DNA of 64,000 nucleotides from Alphaproteobacteria bacterium (GCA_963422645.2 CAXXVO010000009.1:224001-288000); one strand, 5' to 3'; shown: positions 1 through 9,393, numbered from the stretch's first letter. Numbers and translations are program-made. Notes: generated from the sequence alone by a model not told the origin.

Positions 1-107
1 GCAACGACGACAGTGGTTGCGAGGGATGATGGCTCGAGAAGCTCCTTCAGGCAGCAGAAGGCCTCGTTACGGGCGGCGAGGTCTTCGTGCCAGTGCGACA
101 CCGTCAC
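1..107 (-). CDS. IS66-family transposase, N-terminus (partial)
   Basis: GTG overlaps the MTase stop; VTVSHWHEDLAARNEAFCCLKELL aligns with VTVSRWHEDLAAHDEAFACLQDLF of the full copies. Confidence 0.8.
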   Translation of the reverse strand, partial: MTVSHWHEDLAARNEAFCCLKELLEPSSLATTVVV

Positions 108-769
108 GTGTCTTCGGCCTCGACGGCCATCATGGCGGCGAGCACGGCGAGGCGTTCGCCCGGCGGCAAGGCCTGGTAGCGCCGGCCCCAGTTGGCTGCC
201 TTGCGCTTGATGCGCTGGCGGTCGGTGAAGTTCCGGCCTGCGTGGCTGGCCCAATGCATCCGGTCGGGGGCGTAGTTGAACCAGACGACCTCGGTTCGCA
301 CCAGACCCTGGGTCGTGACCTGCAGCGCCAGCCGGCGCCATCCCGCCAGCACCTCGTCATAGAGCGCCGACGGATGGCCCGAGATCATGACCTGGCAGGG
401 CAGAGCCTTGAGCAGCGCGAGAAGCGCGACGTGGCCGGCCTCCTCGTACTCGAAGCGGTAGCGCTGCGCCGAGCGGCGGGTCGCGTGCAGATAGGGCGGA
501 TCGCTGTAAACCAGCTCCGGGCCCAGGAACGGGAACGAGGCCAGGAAGTCATGGGCACAGCCGTGAACCAGATCGACCGGGTAGTCGCAGACGAAGGCCT
601 CGAGCGCCTGCGCATCGCGGTCGATGCCGATCGAACGCACGGCCGGCGGCTTGCGCTTCATCAGCGCCCCGCCCCCAAGGTGGCTTTCGATGTAGACGGA
701 GTGCGGCGGCATCAGCGCAATCAGCGCTTGGCACAGACCTGCTGTCGCCTTCGAGCCGAAATACCCCAT
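104..769 (-). CDS. Dam-like (D12 class) N6-adenine DNA methyltransferase
   Basis: YFGSK, ESHLGGGA (SAM binding) and DPPY catalytic motifs. Confidence 0.88.
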   Translation of the reverse strand: MGYFGSKATAGLCQALIALMPPHSVYIESHLGGGALMKRKPPAVRSIGIDRDAQALEAFVCDYPVDLVHGCAHDFLASFPFLGPELVYSDPPYLHATRRSAQRYRFEYEEAGHVALLALLKALPCQVMISGHPSALYDEVLAGWRRLALQVTTQGLVRTEVVWFNYAPDRMHWASHAGRNFTDRQRIKRKAANWGRRYQALPPGERLAVLAAMMAVEAEDT

Positions 770-1251
770 GGACCGCTCCCGTCACGCGAGAGAGCAGTCC
801 ATAGTCCCGCAACTCTATGAGGTCAAGAACCAATCGCGGTGGCAGAACCAGGCCGCGGCCGCCGCCATAATCACCGTCCTCAACTCAGGATTGGGGTACC
901 TGGGTAGTTACATAATGGTAGAAAATTTCATTTGAAACTTGCCTGTCTTGTGCCCGCTATCATGGAAGTTTTTCTAACAATATCTGACATTCTCTGCCGT
1001 GCATTATTCTGCAAGGGTAACTCAGAAAATTGGCAGCTAAGGGCCAATATATCTTCCCCACTCCCTGACCGCCATTCGGATTATACGTCTGACATAAGCA
1101 GGTTAGGTCAGAACAGGCAGATCCGATATGTCGAATTACCAGGGAATTATTCCCTTCGACTGACTGGTACAAGCGGTGCAAATAGAAGAGAATAGCTGCC
1201 ACTACTCTCCTGTACACCTCGATATAATTCGCTGCACTTGGCGGAATATTC

Positions 1252-1266
1252 ATAAGAACTTCTTAT
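1252..1266. promoter_or_regulatory. Perfect 7-1-7 palindrome containing a T-N11-A LysR-type box
   Basis: ATAAGAA-C-TTCTTAT about 100 bp upstream of the LysR ATG, in AT-rich intergenic DNA. Confidence 0.45.
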
Positions 1267-1490
1267 TGAGGGAGTTAGAAATCCTTGCTGGACCATACGC
1301 CCCGGTATTGCCACATCCATACGTGAAGTGTGTGCAGTTAATTCCTGAAAGGCCGGGGCCGCAGATGTTCGAGAAACGAAACGACCTGGTAACTGCCCAG
1401 GTCTGATTCTGCCGAGCACTCGGACGTGATGGATTGATGGTTCTGACCAGCCAGGGGTCAGGCGGCGCTTTCCCGGAGCAGCGCAGGATT

Positions 1491-3032
1491 TCAGAAGCGC
1501 AATACGGGGATCAGCTGGATTGGATCGGGGTGCGCCAGGGTTTCGAGGACATTCCAGCGCTGTTTTCGAGCGGTGGCGATGACGGATCGCAGGTTTGCGA
1601 AGTCGCGGGCGCCTTGTATCGAGCGGAAGCCGCCTGAGATTTTCTGGCGCAGCTTGCCCATTCGGAGGTCGCGCTCGGCCTCGTTGTTGGAGAAGGGGGT
1701 TCGCGGATCGGTGAGGAAGCGCAGGCACCCCTCCTTGTACTTCTGGAGTCGGAGGGCGAGGTTGTGACCGATGCGGCGCTTTTGTCGTCCGCGCTTTCCG
1801 GTCTGGAGCGGTGGCATTTCTTCGTGAGAGGCGATGGCACGTTCGAGGATGCGGTCCCAGGCTCGCGAGATGCGGGCCACCAGTGAGGCGGGCACGTCGC
1901 GGTCGTTCTTGTGGGCGAAGCGGGCGGCTCTGTTGGCACGGATGAGGAGCCGGTGCGTGCTCGTTGCCCAGTCTTCCTTCTCGATCTCGATGAGGGCTTG
2001 GAGCTCGCGCAGGTGATGGGCGTTGCAGGCCCCGTGGCGCACGCCCTCGAGAGCGAAGTAGGTGGCGTAGTCGTCATGGATGACGATGCCGTTGAGCTTC
2101 TCGTCGATGTGGCTGCGCCCGGTGGCGACGCGCAGGATGGTGAGCAACGGGGTGCACAGCACATGGAGCCAATGGGTCCGGGCGGCGATGCGGATGCCGG
2201 TCTCGTCGAGGTGTTTGACTGGGGCTGCGGTGCGGATGATCTCCGCGAGGCGATCGAGGAAGCCCTCGAAGCGCCGGGCGGTGCGCCTTCCCATGGCGAC
2301 GATGGTGGCTGTTGAGAGCTTGACCGCGAAGAGGTCGCTCATGACCTCGGCGACCCGCTTCTCGGGAATGAACTGAGCGTGCAGCAGGTAGGTCACCCAC
2401 GCGGTGATGCGCGGCCCGTATTGGACCGGTGCGCTCACGCCGTTCGGGAAGACGGCTGTCGTCACGGTGCCGCAGGCAGCGCAGAGGCAACGATGGCCGC
2501 GATGTTCGGTGACCTCGAGGGGCTGCGGCTCGGGCACATCGAAGACCTGCCGGCAGACGGGGGCTCCGTGACGGTCAGCGTCCGACAGCGGCGCGCCGCA
2601 GCCCTCACAGGCGGACGGATCATGATCGACGACATGGTCGGGCGTCGCGGTCCGCTCCAGGGTAGTTCCCTTGTGGCCCGGCTGGCCGCCACTGGGCCTG
2701 TCGGACTTGCCGCGCTGGCTCCGGGTGCGCTTCTCCCGGTCACCGCTCTTCTTCTTCAGACCGTCGCTGGCCGGCGGCTTGGAGCTGGTGGTGCTGTCGA
2801 GCGCGGCGCTGCGCTCGAGTTCGGCGATCCGCTCGCGCAAGCGGGCGTTCTCCCGCTCCAGCGCGTCGTTCTCCTTGACCAGGGCCGCGCTCAGGCGCAG
2901 CAACCCCTGGCCCCATTCCCGAATGGCTTTGACGGCGGTCATTGCGAAGGATTGTGGGGTGAAAAGGTCCTGCAGGCACGCGAAGGCCTCGTCGTGGGCA
3001 GCGAGGTCCTCGTGCCAGCGCGACACTGTCAC
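1491..3032 (-). CDS. IS66-family DDE transposase (TnpC-like, about 513 aa)
   Basis: Coiled coil, SSKPPASD and GGQPGHKG motifs, Cys cluster, HLDETG / HDDY / NNEAERDLR catalytic motifs; GTG start overlaps the MTase stop. Confidence 0.95.
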   Translation of the reverse strand: MTVSRWHEDLAAHDEAFACLQDLFTPQSFAMTAVKAIREWGQGLLRLSAALVKENDALERENARLRERIAELERSAALDSTTSSKPPASDGLKKKSGDREKRTRSQRGKSDRPSGGQPGHKGTTLERTATPDHVVDHDPSACEGCGAPLSDADRHGAPVCRQVFDVPEPQPLEVTEHRGHRCLCAACGTVTTAVFPNGVSAPVQYGPRITAWVTYLLHAQFIPEKRVAEVMSDLFAVKLSTATIVAMGRRTARRFEGFLDRLAEIIRTAAPVKHLDETGIRIAARTHWLHVLCTPLLTILRVATGRSHIDEKLNGIVIHDDYATYFALEGVRHGACNAHHLRELQALIEIEKEDWATSTHRLLIRANRAARFAHKNDRDVPASLVARISRAWDRILERAIASHEEMPPLQTGKRGRQKRRIGHNLALRLQKYKEGCLRFLTDPRTPFSNNEAERDLRMGKLRQKISGGFRSIQGARDFANLRSVIATARKQRWNVLETLAHPDPIQLIPVLRF

Positions 3033-3697
3033 GAACCCTCGTCGGCCTCGACGGCCATGATCGCGGCCAGCACCGCCAGGCGTTCGCCCGCCGGCATGGC
3101 CTCGTAGCGCCGGCCCCAGTTGGCCGCCTTGCGCTTGATGCACTGGCGCTCGGTGAAGTTCCGGCCGGCGAAGCTCGCCCAGTGCACCCGGTCAGGCGCG
3201 AAGTTGAACCACACGACCTCGGTCCGCACCTGGGCCTGGGTCGTCACCTGCAGCGCCAGCCGGCGCCAGCCCGCCAGCAGCTCGTCATAGAGCGCAGACG
3301 GGTGGCCCGAGACCATCACCTGGCAGGGCAGACCCTTGAGCAGTTCGAGGAGCGCGACGTGGTCGGCCTCCTCGTACTCGAAGCGGTAGCGCTGCGACGA
3401 ACGCCGGGTCGCGTGCAGATAGGGCGGATCGCTGTAGACCAGCTCCGGGCCCAGAAACGGGAACGAGGCCAGGAAGGAATGGGCGCAGCCGGGCACCAAC
3501 TCCACCGGGTAGTCGCAGCCAAAGGCCTCAAGCGCCCGCTCGTCGCGGTCGATCCCGATCGAGCGCATGGCCGCAGGCTTGCGCTTCATCAGCGCCCCGC
3601 CCCCAAGATGGCTCTCGATATAGACAGAGTGCCGCGGCATCAGCGCAATCAGCGCCTGGCTCAGACCGGTCGTCGCCTTCGACCCGAAATACCCCAC
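3029..3697 (-). CDS. Dam-like N6-adenine DNA methyltransferase
   Basis: ESHLGGGA and DPPY motifs; lies inside the IS ends. Confidence 0.88.
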   Translation of the reverse strand: MGYFGSKATTGLSQALIALMPRHSVYIESHLGGGALMKRKPAAMRSIGIDRDERALEAFGCDYPVELVPGCAHSFLASFPFLGPELVYSDPPYLHATRRSSQRYRFEYEEADHVALLELLKGLPCQVMVSGHPSALYDELLAGWRRLALQVTTQAQVRTEVVWFNFAPDRVHWASFAGRNFTERQCIKRKAANWGRRYEAMPAGERLAVLAAIMAVEADEGS

Positions 3698-4772
3698 CGG
3701 CTGCTCCTCTCATGCGAGAGTGCAACCCATAGGCGAGAGAACCTATACAGTCAAGCGGGGATCAACGACGCGCCGACGGCGAAACGGCACCGACGGCAAG
3801 CAACATCAGCACGCACTCAGAACTGGCGGCGGGGTACCTGGGTAGTTACACGACCTGATCAAATTCCTCGCCGTTGCGGAGACCGGCGCCATTCTCTCCG
3901 CCGCCGACAAGCTCGGCATCACGCAACCTGCTCTCTCGCGCGTCGTGGCGCGGCTCGAGCGCCAGTTCGGAGGCCGGCTCTTCGACCGCATGTCCACGGG
4001 CGTTCGGCTCACGCCGCTCGGCGCCGTCGTCGCGGATCTGGCACGCCATATCCTTTACGAAATCGAGGCTGCCGAAGAGAAGATCACCGCGACGCTCGCG
4101 GGCCGCACCGGCAGCCTGCGAGTCACGGCTGGCCCCATGTGGATGCGGGCTGTGCTTCCCGATGCCATAGCCAAGTTCCACGAGACCTGCCCCGGTGTGG
4201 AGATCAAGCTGAAGACGACGCCGATGACCGAAGGCATCCGCCTGCTCGCCAACGGTGATAACGACATTCACTGCGGCGGCATCAACAGCAACGAACCCTT
4301 GCCGCAGTTCCTCAAGAGCGAACGCTTCCTCGACATGACCTGGGGCATCGTCGCCCACAAGGACCATCCGCTCCATACCGGAACGGTGAGCGATGACGCG
4401 CTCGCCCAGTACCCGTGGATCGACTTCGACGCACCCATGCGGGCGGATGCCGCCAACGGGCGGCCTTCGTTGGCCGGAGTCCTCGACCAGCTCTATGACA
4501 GGACGGGCAAGCGGGTGAAGACCGTCACGCGCGCCGGTTCCGCCGGCCTGTTCCTGATGACGGCAGGCCCCTACCTCTCCTGGCTGTCGCTGACCTTCCT
4601 GGAGCGCCTTTCCGAACATCCGCTCAAGCCCTTGCCGGTGGCATTCGGCACCTATCGTCACCGTACCGGAATGGTGTCGCGGCGCTCCTCCGACGATATG
4701 TCGCCGTTCGGGCGCTTCCGGGGAATCGTGCGCGACATTGCGTCGTCGCGAAACGCCTGAGCCCCGGCCTCG

Positions 4773-5189
4773 TTAGGAATCTCCCCCGCCTTCGTCCCTC
4801 GGGGTGAGCACGAGCGAGGCGGAGTTCAGGCAGTAGCGTAAACCCGTGGGCGCCGGCCCGTCGGGGAAGACGTGGCCCAGATGGGCGTCGCATCGGCGGC
4901 ACACGACCTCGGTCCGGCGCATGCCGTAGCTCACGTCTTCCACCGTGCCGACGCTCGCGGCATCGACCGGCCTCGTGAAGCTCGGCCAGCCAGTACCGGA
5001 ATCGAATTTGTCGCCGGAGTTGAAGAGGGCGGCGCCGCAACAGACGCAGGCATACTCTCCCGGCGTCTTCTCGTCGCAGTAGGCGCCCGCGAAGGGCCGC
5101 TCGGTGCCCCCCTTCCGGGCCACGTAGTACTGCTCCTCGGTCAGCGCTGCGCGCCATTCCGCATCCGTCTTTACCACCTTGTCCGCCAT
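4773..5189 (-). CDS. msrB: Peptide-methionine (R)-S-oxide reductase
   Basis: [33 protein letters not shown]. Confidence 0.97.
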   Translation of the reverse strand: MADKVVKTDAEWRAALTEEQYYVARKGGTERPFAGAYCDEKTPGEYACVCCGAALFNSGDKFDSGTGWPSFTRPVDAASVGTVEDVSYGMRRTEVVCRRCDAHLGHVFPDGPAPTGLRYCLNSASLVLTPRDEGGGDS

Positions 5190-5334
5190 GATGCCTCCTC
5201 CGCATTACGCTGCCTCGCCCCGCTCCCTCGATTGCCGGGCTCACCGTGTATATATAGCGCCGGGCGGCGCGGGCAGGCGGCAAATTCTGGAGAGCCGTCC
5301 ATTGATCGTTTGCCGGCAAGCGAAGGAGGCTCCC

Positions 5335-6297
5335 ATGGCACGGCCCGCACCTGCGACAGTCAGCACTATTGCGTTGCTCGGCACCGGCACCATCGGGGCG
5401 AGCTGGGCGACGTACTTTCTGGCGCGGGGCTTCTCGGTCACGGCCTGGGACCCCGCTCCCGATACCGCCGCGCGCCTCAGCGCCTTCATCGACGCGGCCT
5501 GGCCCGCGATGGAGCGGCTCGGCGTCAGTGCAGGCGCCGACCCCGCGCGGGTGCGCGTGGTGGACCAGCCGGAGCAGGCGGTCGAAGGCGCGGTTTTCGT
5601 ACAGGAGAACGCGCCGGAGGAGCGGGAGCTCAAGCGCGAGCTCTACCGTCGTATCGACCCGGTGCTGCCGGCGGGCGCGGTGCTCGCGTCGAGCTCGTCG
5701 GGGCTCCTGATCAGCGAGCTCCAGGAGGGCCTGCGCAACGCGGCACGCTTCGTCATCGGCCACCCCTTCAACCCGCCCCATCTCGTCCCCCTGGTGGAAG
5801 TGGTGGGTGGGCGCGACACCGACCCGGCCACGATCGATTGGGTTCTGGATTTCTACAATGCCCACGGTAAGCACGCGATCCGGGTGGAGCGCGAGGTGCC
5901 TGGCCATATCGCCAACAGGCTGCAGGCGGCGCTCCTGCGCGAGGCCTTTCACCTCTTCCTTTCCGGCGTGGCCAGCGCCGCCGACATCGACGCGGCCGTT
6001 GCCCAGGGCCCGGGGCTCCGCTGGGCCTTCATGGGGCCCTTCCTTACCATGCACCTGGCCGGCGGCGAGGGTGGCATGCGCGGCGCGCTCAACCACTTCG
6101 GGCCGGGGCTGGAAAACTGGTGGGCCGATTCTGGCACACCCCGCCTGGATGAGGGCGCGATCGAGGCCATGGGCCGCGCCGTGGACGACATGCTGGACGG
6201 CCAGTCGATCCCGGCGCTCGCGGCCGTGCGCGATGCGCGACTGCTCGCCCTGCTGGCGGCGCTGGAAGCATCTGCGCCACCGGCCGACGCGGGCTAA
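5335..6297 (+). CDS. 3-hydroxyacyl-CoA dehydrogenase family protein (carnitine dehydrogenase/lambda-crystallin-like)
   Basis: GTGTIG Rossmann motif, QENAPE, HPFNPPHLVPLVE; AAGGAGG before ATG 5335. Confidence 0.9.
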   Translation: MARPAPATVSTIALLGTGTIGASWATYFLARGFSVTAWDPAPDTAARLSAFIDAAWPAMERLGVSAGADPARVRVVDQPEQAVEGAVFVQENAPEERELKRELYRRIDPVLPAGAVLASSSSGLLISELQEGLRNAARFVIGHPFNPPHLVPLVEVVGGRDTDPATIDWVLDFYNAHGKHAIRVEREVPGHIANRLQAALLREAFHLFLSGVASAADIDAAVAQGPGLRWAFMGPFLTMHLAGGEGGMRGALNHFGPGLENWWADSGTPRLDEGAIEAMGRAVDDMLDGQSIPALAAVRDARLLALLAALEASAPPADAG

Positions 6298-6385
6298 CGT
6301 GCCAATTCTGTGTTCTTGATAACGTCCATTTGCCGTTCGGCGGAATCCAGCGTGCGCAGACAAGAGCGCGAAGAAGGAGAGAGAC

Positions 6386-7480
6386 ATGGCGATCGACGTT
6401 GCGAAGGTGGAGATCAAGTCAGTCTCGGACGCCTCCGGCCTGGAGGAGCTGATCGCATCGGGCCGCATGGCGGCGGATGAGGTCGTGGCCGTGATCGGCA
6501 AGACGGAGGGCAACGGCGGGGTCAACGACTTCACGCGCATCCTGTCGGACTCCGCCTTCCGCGGAGTCCTGCTCGAGCATGGCACGCGCGGCGAAGAGGA
6601 GGTCGGCGAAATCCCCATGGTCTGGTCAGGCGGCTGCGACGGCGTGCTCACGCCGCACGCGACCGTCTTCGCCAGCAACGATGAGACGGGGCCCGAGGAT
6701 TCAGCTCGCCTCGCCATGGGCACCGCCATGAGCGCGCCGATCCTGCCTGAGGATATTGGTCGGCCCGCGATGGTGGAAAAGATCGCAGACGGAGTCCGCG
6801 CGGCGATGGCCGACGCGGGGATCAGCGACCCGGCCGACGTCCACTATGTCCAGACCAAGACGCCGCTGCTCACCATCGACACGGTGCGGGAGGCGCACAC
6901 GCGCGGCGAGACTACGGCCTGCGAGGTGCATCAATCGATGGGGGTCTCCAACGGCACCACCGGGCTCGGCATCGCCGTCGCGCTCGGCGAGGTGGACATG
7001 CCCGGGGCAGACGAAATCTGCCGCAATCTGGATCTCTACTCCTCGGTCGCTTCGTGCTCGTCAGGCGTGGAGCTCGACCGCGGGCAGATCGTTCTCTTCG
7101 GCAACGCGCCCGGCGCCGGCGGTCGCTTTCGCATCGGCCACGGCGTGATGCGGGACGCCCTCGACATCGACGGCATCTACGACGGCATCCGCAATGCCGG
7201 TCTCGACCTGCCGGAGCGCCCGCGCGCCGCCGACCTGGGCGACAAGCTGGTGAACTGCTTCATCAAGTGCGAGGCCGACCGCACCGCCCGCCTGCGTGGG
7301 CGCCGCCAGATCATGCTGGACGATTCCGACGTTCACCATCACCGCCATTCCAAGGGTGCCGTGGGCGGCGTCGCGGCGGCGGCGATCGGCGATCCCGCGG
7401 TGTTCGTCTCGGTCGATGCGATGCACCAGGGGCCGCAGGGCGGCGGCCCGGTGGTGGCGATCGTCGACGTGGGCGCCTAG
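6386..7480 (+). CDS. Ring-opening amidohydrolase of the AtzD/barbiturase family, barbiturase-like
   Basis: [38 protein letters not shown]. Confidence 0.9.
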   Translation: MAIDVAKVEIKSVSDASGLEELIASGRMAADEVVAVIGKTEGNGGVNDFTRILSDSAFRGVLLEHGTRGEEEVGEIPMVWSGGCDGVLTPHATVFASNDETGPEDSARLAMGTAMSAPILPEDIGRPAMVEKIADGVRAAMADAGISDPADVHYVQTKTPLLTIDTVREAHTRGETTACEVHQSMGVSNGTTGLGIAVALGEVDMPGADEICRNLDLYSSVASCSSGVELDRGQIVLFGNAPGAGGRFRIGHGVMRDALDIDGIYDGIRNAGLDLPERPRAADLGDKLVNCFIKCEADRTARLRGRRQIMLDDSDVHHHRHSKGAVGGVAAAAIGDPAVFVSVDAMHQGPQGGGPVVAIVDVGA

Positions 7481-7639
7481 CCAGCATCGTATTCTCGCCC
7501 CGGTTCGCAACCCACAGAGCGAATCGCGCCGTTCCCGTCAAAGCCGTGAGATGTCCGGCAGCCTGCCAGCGGGACGCTGGTGCCCGCGGCCGGCATCGGC
7601 CATCATCGCGCCGCCCGGCAGCGCGGCAAGGAGAGGAGC

Positions 7640-8035
7640 ATGATCACGAAGGGCATCGAGCAGCTGGTGGCCGAAGCGGAGGCCGAGATCGAGACCCTCT
7701 CGGCTACCGATGCCATCGCGCTGATGGACGACGAGGGCGTCGAGCTCGTCGATATCCGCGACATTCGGGAGCTGTGGCGGGAAGGCGCCGTCCCCGGCGC
7801 GCGTCACGTGCCGCGGGGCATGGTCGAGTTCTGGATCGATCCCGAGAGCCCCTACCACAAGCCTTTCTTCGCGAGCGGCAAGAAGTTCGTCTTCTTCTGC
7901 GCGGGCGGCATGCGCTCGGCGCTGGCAACGCAGGCGGCCCATAACATGGGGCTCGGCCCGGTCGCCCATATCGCCGGCGGCTTCGGCGCCTGGAAGGAGG
8001 CGGGCGGGCCGACCGAGGAGAAGCCGCGTCCCTAA
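7640..8035 (+). CDS. Rhodanese-like domain protein
   Basis: VDIRD, PRGMVEFWIDP, FCAGGMRS; GAGGAG RBS. Confidence 0.9.
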   Translation: MITKGIEQLVAEAEAEIETLSATDAIALMDDEGVELVDIRDIRELWREGAVPGARHVPRGMVEFWIDPESPYHKPFFASGKKFVFFCAGGMRSALATQAAHNMGLGPVAHIAGGFGAWKEAGGPTEEKPRP

Positions 8036-8144
8036 CCCGCACTTCCCACCACGGTCGCGGCCCGCGCCCCGCGCAGGGTGTGAGACAGGACTTGAAAATT
8101 TTTGGCGGGATTCGCCGGGATTAGGCGGGACAAGTGGGGTGTCG

Positions 8145-8230
8145 CGCACGCGCGCAGCGTCGTGCGCGCAGCATATGGCATTTCGCACGCGCGCTGCGTC
8201 GTGCATGCGGCGGATGGTATTTCGCACGCG
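8145..8230. repeat. Imperfect 39-bp tandem repeat (about 2.2 units)
   Basis: CGCACGCG recurs at 8145, 8184 and 8223 with similar intervening sequence. Confidence 0.75.
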
Positions 8231-8421
8231 ATACGGTGTCGCGCGGACCTGGACCTCGCTCGCCCCCGATATTGACCCGCTCCTGTTATTCACGGCCCGA
8301 TCGTGGCGCTGGTGCCCCGGCGTGGGCACCGCACCATGGTCCCGAGAGCGGGGAGGGGTGGGAGAAGCAGAGTCCTCCCGGTCCTGTCGGCCGGGCAGCG
8401 CCGGCCGCACCCTGACCAGAC

Positions 8422-9393
8422 ATGCGGGATAGGCCCCCGCCGGCCGGCCCTCCGCGCTGGGCCGGGCCGTTTGCGCCGCTCCTCGCCGCCTATAACACCC
8501 TGCCGCCGCCGGCGCGCGGCATGCTGCTGCTGCTGGGCGCCACCGTCGGCTTCGCGTCGATGCACGCGGTGATCCGCATCGCATCGAGCGAGCAGCACCC
8601 CTTCGAGGTCGCGTTCTTCCGCAATTTCTTCGGCCTGCTCTTCATCGCACCCTTCCTGCTGCGCCACGGTTTCGGCGCGCTGCGGACGCAGAGGCTGCCG
8701 CTTCATGCGGCGCGCGGCGCGGTCCACGTCTCGGCCATGATGATGTTCTTCTACGCGGTGCCGATCACGCCGCTCGGCACCATCGCGGCGCTGAGCTTCA
8801 CGGCGCCGCTCTTCGTCACCGTTGCCGCGGTGCTGCTGCTGGGGGAGGCGGTGCGCATCCGGCGTATCGTCGCGCTGATCGCGGGCTTCGCCGGGGCCCT
8901 CATCATCATCCGCCCCGGTATGGCGGCGCTCGACCCCGGCTCGCTGCTGGTGCTTGGCTCGTCTGCCGTCTGGGCCTGCGCGATGATCCTGATCAAGCTG
9001 CTCTCGCGCACGGAATCGAGCCTGACGATGACCGCTTACATGGCGGTCTTCCTCACGCCGCTCTCCTCCATCGCGGCAGCCTTCGTCTGGCAATGGCCGA
9101 GCCTCGAAGACCTCGGCTGGTTCGCGCTGATGGGGAGCTTCGGCACCCTCGCCCATCTCTGTCTTGCCCAGGCCTTCCGCGAAGCCGACGCGACGGTCGT
9201 GCTCCCGGTCGATTTCCTCCGCCTGATCTGGTCGTCGCTCTACGGCTACCTGCTCTTCAACGAGGTGCCGGTGCTCTACGTCTGGATCGGCGGCATCGTC
9301 ATCTTCGTGAGCACGCTCTACCTCGCCTATCGCGAGGCCAAGGTGGCGCGGGAGACCATCGCCGCCAAGGCCGGCGCGCCGCCGCCGAGCTGA
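8422..9393 (+). CDS. DMT/EamA family transporter
   Basis: About 10 hydrophobic segments; FFRNFFG, FTAPLF, LLGE. Confidence 0.9.
   Translation: MRDRPPPAGPPRWAGPFAPLLAAYNTLPPPARGMLLLLGATVGFASMHAVIRIASSEQHPFEVAFFRNFFGLLFIAPFLLRHGFGALRTQRLPLHAARGAVHVSAMMMFFYAVPITPLGTIAALSFTAPLFVTVAAVLLLGEAVRIRRIVALIAGFAGALIIIRPGMAALDPGSLLVLGSSAVWACAMILIKLLSRTESSLTMTAYMAVFLTPLSSIAAAFVWQWPSLEDLGWFALMGSFGTLAHLCLAQAFREADATVVLPVDFLRLIWSSLYGYLLFNEVPVLYVWIGGIVIFVSTLYLAYREAKVARETIAAKAGAPPPS

Larger units (their letters stand above)
1..911 (-). mobile_element. IS66-family element with adenine methyltransferase, diverged variant (copy 1, runs off window start)
   Basis: Terminal 19 bp (893-911, GTAACTACCCAGGTACCCC on minus strand) identical to the left ends of the other copies; same MTase then transposase arrangement. 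Confidence 0.9.
1389..3849 (-). mobile_element. Complete IS66-family element carrying an adenine methyltransferase (copy 2, 2461 bp)
   Basis: TIRs GTAACT(A/G)CCCAGGT; 8-bp target duplication ACGACCTG at 1381-1388 and 3850-3857. Confidence 0.96.
1365..4760 (+). pseudogene. LysR-family regulator interrupted by IS after codon 8 (1365-1388 joined to 3858-4760)
   Basis: Removing the IS and one target copy restores MFEKRNDLIKFLAVAETGAILSAADKLGITQPALSR (LysR HTH), in frame with ORF 3945-4760. Confidence 0.92.

Noticed and set aside
3033-3143. 37-aa N-terminal extension of the transposase from the ORF track
   Set aside because: It overlaps the MTase, is low complexity, and the GTGA-coupled start is supported by copy 1.
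3029-3697. Restriction-modification system
   Set aside because: No endonuclease gene beside any MTase copy; the only partner is the transposase.
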